The notes beneath the pieces were generated by a model that was not told the origin of the DNA, searched no databases, and saw only the letters and a program-made list of their open reading frames with translations. From the NCBI GenBank assembly GCA_050011775.1, contig JBEKIL010000004.1, positions 99,825 to 163,824 of the forward strand: a stretch of DNA of 64,000 nt, given 5' to 3'. The DNA is from Bacteroidota bacterium. GTDB taxonomy: Bacteria > Bacteroidota > Ignavibacteria > UBA10030 > CAVZMI01. Of this stretch, positions 30,264 to 37,612 are shown piece after piece. The position numbers and the translations under genes are program-made. Positions within the stretch are counted from its first letter, which is position 1. Each line of letters begins with the position of its first letter.

Positions 30264-31952
30264 ATGTTTAATCGAACTCGGCTTTTATTAACTTGCGGAT
30301 TGTTTATTACTGCAGTTATGTTTCCAGCGGCGTTTGTACAGGCCCAAACCGACACCATTCGGGTGGTATGTGTCGGTAATAGCATCACCGAAGGATATAC
30401 TACAGTTAATCCCGCAACTGACGGCTATCCTGCACAGCTTGGAGTATTGCTCGGAAGCGGGTGGAACGTGAAAAATTCCGGAGTATCCGGACGCACAATG
30501 CTTAAAAACGGCGACTTCCCGATCTGGAATGAACAGAAGTTTAAGGACGGACTCGCCTTCAATCCCGATATCGTAACTATCTGCCTCGGGACAAACGACA
30601 CTAAACCATGGAACTGGGATGATCATAAAGGTGAATTCATCGGCGACTATAACGCGATGATCGATACGTTCAGGTCACTCCCAAGTCATCCGGTGGTGTG
30701 GCTCTGTCTTCCTCCTCCATCCTTCAGCGATGCATTCAGTATCCGGGATTCGGTGATAAACGCTGACATCATTCCTATGATCCAACAAATTGCTGCCAAC
30801 AAAGAATGCCAGATTATCGACTTTAACACTCTGCTGAAAAGTCGCTCCGACGTCGTCCCAGACGGAATTCATCCTAACGGTGCCGGATCGGCGGTGATGG
30901 CTAAATTACTCTATGAAAAACTCACCGGCAATACGATCATAACTGTAAATGACGAGAATTGTGCGGCAGGAAAAACCGTAAGCGTAAGCGGATCGATCGA
31001 TTCGCTCGTGTACGGCGGAGCGAATCTTGTGGACGGCAAAAGTACAACGCAATGGATTACCCTTGGATTCCCCGCAGAGGCGACCATCGATCTCGGCTCG
31101 ACTCAGATCATAGATTTATTCAGGGTCGATTTCACCGGTACGCGGGAAGCGAATGCGGGTTATCAATTTCGCATCGAAATTCCGTCAGTAACAGGCGGAT
31201 GGATAACGGCACTCGATCGCACAACAAGAACCGACTCGGCGGCCACAATACTTGAAAAGACAGATTCTATCTCAGCGCGATTCATACGTCTCACAGTCAC
31301 AGGCGCCGCCCGGCCCAGAGGCGATACAGTAAGCATAGCCGAAATCCGCGTACTGAAAGCAAACGGAGGGGCACACTCACCTGTAATTTCATTCAAAAAG
31401 ACAGGTGCCTCGGGTTCGAATATAAAATATGACATCAAATTCCAGTGGCCAAACGGCGCCGTAGGAAAAGTAATTCCGTATCGTCATAAAAATGTGGGGG
31501 GACTCGATGCCGTCAGAGGTTTCATGGATGGAAGTACGTACACAATAACCAGTGAATACATCAAAACGGTAAATTACAATGTCTATTACGCCGAGACATT
31601 TCTTAATGGAATTGAGGTAATCTCGGATACAACGGTAATCGGTGCCCTTCCGACTGGAATCAAAGAAATAGAATCGCCCGAAATGCCGTCGGAAATCCAG
31701 CTCCTGCCGTCCTATCCTAATCCATTTAATCCATCGACTACAATTTCATTTATTCTTCCATCAAAATCATTTATTACGCTTAAGATTTTTGATGCACTAG
31801 GAAGAGAAATTACGACACTATTTTCGGGACAGCTGCAGGCAGGATTTCATTCACGGCAATGGAATGCGGTAAACATGCCGAGCGGTGTTTATTTTTATCG
31901 CCTCCAGGCTGGTGAATTTGCTCAAACGAGAAAGTTAATCTTGATGAAATAA
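30264..31952 (+). CDS. T9SS-secreted SGNH/GDSL esterase with a discoidin (F5/8)-like domain
   Basis: CVGNSIT, GVSG, LGTND, DGIHPN, NLVDGKSTTQW, C-terminal YPNPFNPST. Start placed at ATG 30264 after AAGGA. Confidence 0.85.
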   Translation: MFNRTRLLLTCGLFITAVMFPAAFVQAQTDTIRVVCVGNSITEGYTTVNPATDGYPAQLGVLLGSGWNVKNSGVSGRTMLKNGDFPIWNEQKFKDGLAFNPDIVTICLGTNDTKPWNWDDHKGEFIGDYNAMIDTFRSLPSHPVVWLCLPPPSFSDAFSIRDSVINADIIPMIQQIAANKECQIIDFNTLLKSRSDVVPDGIHPNGAGSAVMAKLLYEKLTGNTIITVNDENCAAGKTVSVSGSIDSLVYGGANLVDGKSTTQWITLGFPAEATIDLGSTQIIDLFRVDFTGTREANAGYQFRIEIPSVTGGWITALDRTTRTDSAATILEKTDSISARFIRLTVTGAARPRGDTVSIAEIRVLKANGGAHSPVISFKKTGASGSNIKYDIKFQWPNGAVGKVIPYRHKNVGGLDAVRGFMDGSTYTITSEYIKTVNYNVYYAETFLNGIEVISDTTVIGALPTGIKEIESPEMPSEIQLLPSYPNPFNPSTTISFILPSKSFITLKIFDALGREITTLFSGQLQAGFHSRQWNAVNMPSGVYFYRLQAGEFAQTRKLILMK

Positions 31953-32239
31953 CGAGCGAGAAGAACATGGCGTGCGAACATTGCGCCGCTCACAGAAATA
32001 AATGAGTCGTTATTAGTCCCGCCAACCCCACTGTGGAGCGTGGGGCGTAAAAAGCACGAATACGGCGGGATGCATAAAACGCATTCGCGGCGGAACGTCA
32101 TTTTTATGCGAAACATTTTGTTCCCTACACATGCTAAGGCCCAAATGGCAAACGATTGTTTTAAATTGTTTATGGGTTTTTCTACTTGAATAGAGATTAT
32201 TAGATCAAACCTTACCAACTACACGAAAGGAATATATTC

Positions 32240-32887
32240 ATGCTAACAAGATTGAAAATCAACTCATCGCAAGGGATTATTCTTGCTGTGATTACTCTTC
32301 TTGCGTCTATTGACTTCGGATGCACCTCTTCTCGTCTGACAAATGTGTGGAAAGATCCGGAGTTCAAGAATCCGCCGATGACCAACATGCTTATCGTCGC
32401 AGCGAAAAAAAGTCCTGTGAACCGACGTATATGGGAGGACGTAATCGCTGCAGAATTGTCCGCTCATGGTGTTACAGCCACCCCTTCGTACCGATTATTT
32501 GAAGATTCTATTCCTGATCCCGACCAGGTAGGAGCCGCTGTTCGAGATACGAAAATCGACGGCGTGCTTTTTATCAGGAGACTACCGACCGCGATCTCTA
32601 CCAATTATATACCACCATCTGTAAAGACCGAGGCGGTTACACGGTATAATGAGCGTAAACAGACATACTCCACTTACTATCGAGATGTACAGCAGCCCGG
32701 TTATACTGACACTACCAAAATCGTGCGTCATGAGGTCAGCATTTTTACAACACAAGAAGGAGGCCATTTAGTGTGGGCCGGCACGGGTGAAATGATTGAT
32801 CCAAGCTCTAGAGAAGCAGTCAGAAATGAAATCACTGGTTTGGTTATTCCAGAATTGGCACGACAGGGAATCATCCCTGCAAAGTAG
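32240..32887 (+). CDS. Hypothetical lipoprotein (DUF4136-like)
   Basis: Lipobox DFGC, VWKDPEF, RRIWEDVIAAEL, LVWAGTGE; RBS AAGGA. Confidence 0.7.
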   Translation: MLTRLKINSSQGIILAVITLLASIDFGCTSSRLTNVWKDPEFKNPPMTNMLIVAAKKSPVNRRIWEDVIAAELSAHGVTATPSYRLFEDSIPDPDQVGAAVRDTKIDGVLFIRRLPTAISTNYIPPSVKTEAVTRYNERKQTYSTYYRDVQQPGYTDTTKIVRHEVSIFTTQEGGHLVWAGTGEMIDPSSREAVRNEITGLVIPELARQGIIPAK

Positions 32888-33137
32888 TTCTTTTTGATCT
32901 TTGGAGACCGTCTTTTTATCGCAGTGTATCCAATTGCAAGAAGAGCATTTACATAGATAGAATCCAGATTACCATCAAATACGATGCAGGTGCACATCAG
33001 ATAATAGCAGAAAAAATATAAAATGAATTATTCCGTTGCTCATCCCGCACTGAAAGTACGGGACAACGGTACGGCATTTTTGCTGCACACGTCAGTTGGT
33101 ATTATCCTTTTAAATATAAATGAAAGGAGACATTACT

Positions 33138-35219
33138 ATGCGTGCCAATTCTCACTTTTTATTTCTCATTGGATTTTTCGTACTCGGTCAGGCCACTTTG
33201 AAGGCGCAGTGGAGTCAGACGAACGGACCAACAGGCGGTTGCATTAATGCACTCACGACACTTGGGTCTACGATTATTGCTGGAACGGAAGCAGGAGCAT
33301 TCCGATCCACCGATAATGGCGCGCACTGGACAGCGGCAAACACGGGACTTACTAATTACGAAATTCTCGCCCTCACATCGGGTGAGCGCATCTTCATGGG
33401 AACAGGTTCCGATTTGGTATCATCGACAGATCAGGGAGTGACTTGGTCATCATCTCTTATGAACGATTATGTTCTTTCTATTGCCACAAACGGTACATAT
33501 CTCCTTGTCGGAACATACAGCGGTGTTTCACTCTCAACCGATAATGGTACAAACTGGACGCAGGTGAACAACGGATTGACGAATACTACCGTTCAGGCGC
33601 TCGCCATCGTTGGATCTACGTTTTTTGCCGGAACCGGAAACGGATTATTCCTCTCGACAGATCAAGGTGCAAGTTGGCATGCTCCTACAACAGGCCCGAC
33701 AAATTCGAATATCAGATGCTTTACAGTAAAAGACACGAATGTATATGCAGGTACATGGGGCGGCGGTGTGTTTGTCACATCAGACACCGGTGCACATTGG
33801 TCTGAGACGAACAACGGATTTTCTTCGTCAGAGATCGTGATGTCCTTGTACACCTTTGGTACGGTGCTCTGTGTCGGGACAGGAAACGACGGTCCATACG
33901 TCTCGACTGATGATGGTGCGCATTGGAATTCTACGGCATCGCTGCCGGGGGGTGAAGTGCATGCGTTCACCTCGAATAACACAACACTCTTTACAGGGAC
34001 ACGCAGTTCTTTGTACGCCTCCACCGATACAGGAAAGCACTGGACAGAAGCATGTGACGGTATGATTGCTGCATACTGTTCTGCACTAGGGGGTTCTGGT
34101 TCGACTATCTATGCTGCTTCTGGTACTAACGGTGTGTATCTTTCCACAAATGAAGGAACAAGCTGGACAGCATCGAACAATGGATTAGATATCCCTATCG
34201 CGTATACAATTGCCGTAGACGGATCGTTTATTTATCTTGGCGACAACGGCGGAGCTCATCGTTCAACGGATGGCGGTGCAAATTGGTTAACAGCTAATAC
34301 AGGTTTCGTGAATTACAATCCTGTTAATGCATTTTTTGTAGATGGTACAAATCTGTACTCTGGCGGAGATGATGGAGTATATCTATCTACTGATCATGCC
34401 GCAAACTGGACACCGGCAAAAACCGGATTACCTCAAGAGAATCCCCACAATATAATCTATGCACTCGGCAAAATTGGCTCTAAACTCATTGCAGCAACGT
34501 ATGATTCCGGCTTCTTTGTATCGACGAACAATGCAGCTAATTGGGCACCATCCAGTACAGGCCTTCCGCTACCTGCGAGGGGGAAAAAATTCGTGACAGT
34601 CGGAACAAAAATCTATGCGGGATTGCAGAATAATAGAGGTGTATATGTTTCGGCAGATAGCTGCAACAGCTGGACAGCTATCAATGAAGGATTAACGGAT
34701 TTGGACATAAATGCATTGGCAAGTGACGGAACAAATCTGTTTGCCGGCACACTTAATTGTGTATCCATTTTGATGCATGGAAGTACGAGTTGGATACCTA
34801 TGGCAACAGGGCTTCCTGTGGTGGGGTCGAATGAAATAGATGCGTTGCTTGTTAATGGTGATTACCTTTATGCCGCAGTCGGGAGCTCAGGCGTCTGGCG
34901 GCGTCTCTTATCAGAGATGACGGATGTGAAAAATTACACCGCTCAGAATCAGCCTGATGTATTTACCCTAAAGCAAAACTATCCAAATCCGTTCAATCCA
35001 ACCACAACAATTTCCTTTAGTCTTCCGACACCATCCAAGGTGTCTTTGAAAGTATTTGATTTGTTAGGAAGAGAGGTTGCAATAATTGTTTCCGAAGTAC
35101 TATCGGCTGGTGATCACTCTCGGCAATGGAATGCATCAGGTTTTGCGAGTGGTATTTATTATTACAGATTAGAGGCTGGAATTTTTGTTGAAACAAAGAA
35201 ACTTGTTTTACTTCGATGA
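33138..35219 (+). CDS. T9SS-secreted BNR/beta-propeller repeat protein
   Basis: Signal peptide ..LKAQWSQTNGP, S-T-D-x-G-x-x-W Asp-box repeats, C-terminal NYPNPFNPTT..KKLVLLR; RBS AAGGAG. Confidence 0.88.
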   Translation: MRANSHFLFLIGFFVLGQATLKAQWSQTNGPTGGCINALTTLGSTIIAGTEAGAFRSTDNGAHWTAANTGLTNYEILALTSGERIFMGTGSDLVSSTDQGVTWSSSLMNDYVLSIATNGTYLLVGTYSGVSLSTDNGTNWTQVNNGLTNTTVQALAIVGSTFFAGTGNGLFLSTDQGASWHAPTTGPTNSNIRCFTVKDTNVYAGTWGGGVFVTSDTGAHWSETNNGFSSSEIVMSLYTFGTVLCVGTGNDGPYVSTDDGAHWNSTASLPGGEVHAFTSNNTTLFTGTRSSLYASTDTGKHWTEACDGMIAAYCSALGGSGSTIYAASGTNGVYLSTNEGTSWTASNNGLDIPIAYTIAVDGSFIYLGDNGGAHRSTDGGANWLTANTGFVNYNPVNAFFVDGTNLYSGGDDGVYLSTDHAANWTPAKTGLPQENPHNIIYALGKIGSKLIAATYDSGFFVSTNNAANWAPSSTGLPLPARGKKFVTVGTKIYAGLQNNRGVYVSADSCNSWTAINEGLTDLDINALASDGTNLFAGTLNCVSILMHGSTSWIPMATGLPVVGSNEIDALLVNGDYLYAAVGSSGVWRRLLSEMTDVKNYTAQNQPDVFTLKQNYPNPFNPTTTISFSLPTPSKVSLKVFDLLGREVAIIVSEVLSAGDHSRQWNASGFASGIYYYRLEAGIFVETKKLVLLR

Positions 35220-35299
35220 ACGGGCCTGCACGCCGACCTGTTCGCCGAAATGGAGTGCAGGCGGAAGGGCCGCGTTCTAGCCCGCAGGCGGGCAACTGT

Positions 35300-35416
35300 A
35301 CATAACGGCGAAACAGTACTTTAGTACAACGGACACTGCAACACTTTGTCCAATCCTGCAGTCATTTTTAAAAGTTTTGTTCTGCGGACTCGACGTAATG
35401 CCCATGGACGTTGAGT
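35300..35416 (+). other. attC-like site with intact cores and poorly paired inner arms
   Basis: Left core ACATAAC (35300-35306), right core GTTGAGT (35410-35416). The interior shares AGTACTTTAGT(A/G)CAAC with the 15517 region. Confidence 0.5.
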
Positions 35417-35465
35417 GCCATTTTTTTGCGTTAACACAAGAAATAACAATAAGGAACATTATATC

Positions 35466-36137
35466 ATGATCTCTACATTTCTCACAATCACCCGTTTTGT
35501 TGGCTTCCTTTTCACAATATACATTTGGCGTATAATTCAATACGGACAGTATTCTCAACTCACGTCATTCATCATAATTATTGGATCAGTCCTGCTGGTT
35601 TTCCCCGTAGTTTGGGTTGGACGGAAAGCGATCGATGTCCAACCATCGATCCAGCGTCTCGCCTGGATAACAAGCTTTGTTCATACAATACTGATGATTT
35701 TCTTTGGCGCTTCTGTTATCGAAGCCATTAAATTTTTTCAAGTCTCACGCGGCATAACTATACCATTGCCGGTTGAAGTCGGAACGGTACTGCTTTATAT
35801 TACTGGTGCATGTTTATCGTTGACCGTCGTAAATCTTGCATTAAGCGGACTCGGTGCACCCTTTGCTATTGCGTTGAGCAAACGCCTTGCAGATCGCTGG
35901 ATGTACAGATGGACAAGAAATCCGATGGTCTTGTGCTCTCTCGCTACGCTTATTTCCATTGGCCTGTACTTGCAGTCTTTTTATTTTATTTTCTGGGTTA
36001 TTATACTTTTAACACCGGCATGGATTTACTTTCTCAAAGCATATGAAGAACGCGAGCTTGAAATCCGTTTTGGTGCATCATACCAGGACTACAAAGCCAG
36101 GACTTCTTTCTTCTGGCCAAGAAAGCCGAAGAGATAG
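35466..36137 (+). CDS. Isoprenylcysteine carboxylmethyltransferase / PEMT-family membrane protein
   Basis: Multiple TM helices, MYRWTRNPM, EEREL..RFGASYQDYKARTSFFWP. Confidence 0.85.
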   Translation: MISTFLTITRFVGFLFTIYIWRIIQYGQYSQLTSFIIIIGSVLLVFPVVWVGRKAIDVQPSIQRLAWITSFVHTILMIFFGASVIEAIKFFQVSRGITIPLPVEVGTVLLYITGACLSLTVVNLALSGLGAPFAIALSKRLADRWMYRWTRNPMVLCSLATLISIGLYLQSFYFIFWVIILLTPAWIYFLKAYEERELEIRFGASYQDYKARTSFFWPRKPKR

Positions 36138-36303
36138 AATCAAGCCGTAGCACAACGAACGCACAACAGTTAAAAACATGATCCGTTTCCCGCGGAGCGA
36201 GAGATGAGACTATAATTGAAAAAAATAAAATACCCTCCGGACTCATAAATCGAGACTTCTGAATAACATATCCGGTCGGAGAAAAATGAATGCCGAATGA
36301 ATG

Positions 36304-36460
36304 GCCACGACCTTCAGGTCGTGGATTTTTAAATCCAAAAAATCTTTGCGGGCTTTAGCCCTACATCAATCTAATGTGGGGTTAAAACCCCTCATTTTTC
36401 TCCTCTTATTTCCCACGAGCTACTCGCCTCGCTCCGCTTCAGCGGAGCAGGAAGCTCGTG
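36304..36460. repeat. Cluster of REP-like palindromes
   Basis: CCACGACC-TTCA-GGTCGTGG (36304), GGGCTTTAGCCC (36350), GGGGTTAAAACCCC (36378), CACGAGCT..CTCGCCTCGCTCCGCTTCAGCGGAGCAGG..AGCTCGTG (36414-36460). Confidence 0.7.
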
Positions 36461-36770
36461 GCAATTCAGAAAATACAGATTGTTTTAGACCACTGGCTCA
36501 AGTGTGTCCATAGAAAATATATAAACAGAGTTTTTCAGACGTCTCAAATCGTCAATCCCGAAGGGTCGTAGACATAAATCATCAATATCAATGGCCATTT
36601 CATACTTTGGTTTGCATTTCCCCTCGTAATTTCTTACGTTCTAACAGAAATTACACATACTTCCTTCAGTCGATACTAGAGGGGCTTCGATTACGAAATT
36701 GTCTGTCCCACGTTTACTTGCACGGCACGGATAAGTCGAAGACCATTAAAGCATACAGAGGCTGACAGGT

Positions 36771-36846
36771 ACATCCAAAAGAAATAAATACGCTATACCA
36801 CGAAGTGGTACTGTTCCACCGTATAGCGTCTTTACAGATGTTATAC
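36771..36846 (+). other. Degenerate attC-like site
   Basis: AAATACGCTATAC pairs with GTATAGCGTCTTT (12/13), outer ACATC/GATGT, right core GTTATAC at 36840. Confidence 0.55.
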
Positions 36847-36878
36847 GCCATGTGCCCGTCATATTTACAGAGGATCGA

Positions 36879-37364
36879 ATGGAATGGATATCCGGAATTA
36901 TTAGCATCGGAAATAAACTTTTTCCGTGGATTGGGAAAATATGGAACAAACGCCGCTTTGGTCCTCGAATTCAACTAGACCTGAGCTGGGATCATCCACA
37001 AATCTACATTGCCGGTGAACCTATTAGAACATGGCGAACCCTTTTGATCCAGGCAATAGGCGCAAAAGAAAGTGAGTATGAGATAGCATCGGGTTATTTA
37101 GAAGCACGAGAATTCAACACGAAAAAATTTATCCTAATTACAGATTTATCAAACTTGATTCTACTACCACTACACCTAGATGCTAATCGACAAAAAGATT
37201 TTGAAATAGATGGAACAACGGTGACAAAGCATCTTCGTCGTATTTTTAAGGAAAATACTCCAATAGAAATTCGTGTGAATGTTCAGGATTATTACGGCAC
37301 ACGAATAATCAGCAAACCATTTCAAGTTACTATAACTGAATTGGAGCGCAAGGAAACTCGATGA
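36879..37364 (+). CDS. Hypothetical protein (161 aa), sole ORF of a complete cassette
   Basis: RBS AGAGG before ATG 36879; bounded by attC-like sites; no recognisable motif. Confidence 0.7.
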   Translation: MEWISGIISIGNKLFPWIGKIWNKRRFGPRIQLDLSWDHPQIYIAGEPIRTWRTLLIQAIGAKESEYEIASGYLEAREFNTKKFILITDLSNLILLPLHLDANRQKDFEIDGTTVTKHLRRIFKENTPIEIRVNVQDYYGTRIISKPFQVTITELERKETR

Positions 37365-37419
37365 GAAGTCCCTGTCTAATAATAGACTATATAATTGAAT
37401 ATTATACGGGCACACGGGC

Positions 37420-37585
37420 GTATAACAAGCGTGCCCACGACGGTCGCACATTTGCTAAAGCTTTTGTAAATTCGATTTGAGAATAGATAATAGTGCTCCC
37501 TCAATACCATGCCGGAGCTTAGAGTATAAATAATTCATTCGCAAGTTACCGGCATGGTACTGCGTGGGCACGCCAGACGTTATGT
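37420..37585 (+). other. attC recombination site (166 bp)
   Basis: GTATAAC-AA-GCGTGCCCACG ... CGTGGGCACGC-CAGAC-GTTATGT: perfect 11-bp inner arms plus complementary ATAAC/GTTAT cores. Confidence 0.8.
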
Positions 37586-37612
37586 GAAATTGTGCCCCTC
37601 AAGGAAAATACA

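Noticed and set aside
31960-32150. Intact attC after the SGNH gene
   Set aside because: Several short stems are present (CCCGCC/GGCGGG, CCCCAC/GTGGGG, GCATAAAA/TTTTATGC) but both cores are degenerate. Kept only as a weak candidate.
33036-33075. c-di-GMP-I (GEMM) riboswitch upstream of the T9SS gene
   Set aside because: CCCGCACT-GAA-AGTACGGGAC lacks the GGCAAA..GGACGCAAAGC core and P2 stem. It matches the TCCC..GGGAC REP seen elsewhere in the window.
32990-33095. attC before the second propeller gene
   Set aside because: GCAGAAAAAAT/ATTTTTGCTGC can pair and ACAC-GTCAGTT resembles a right end, but neither core fits the consensus.
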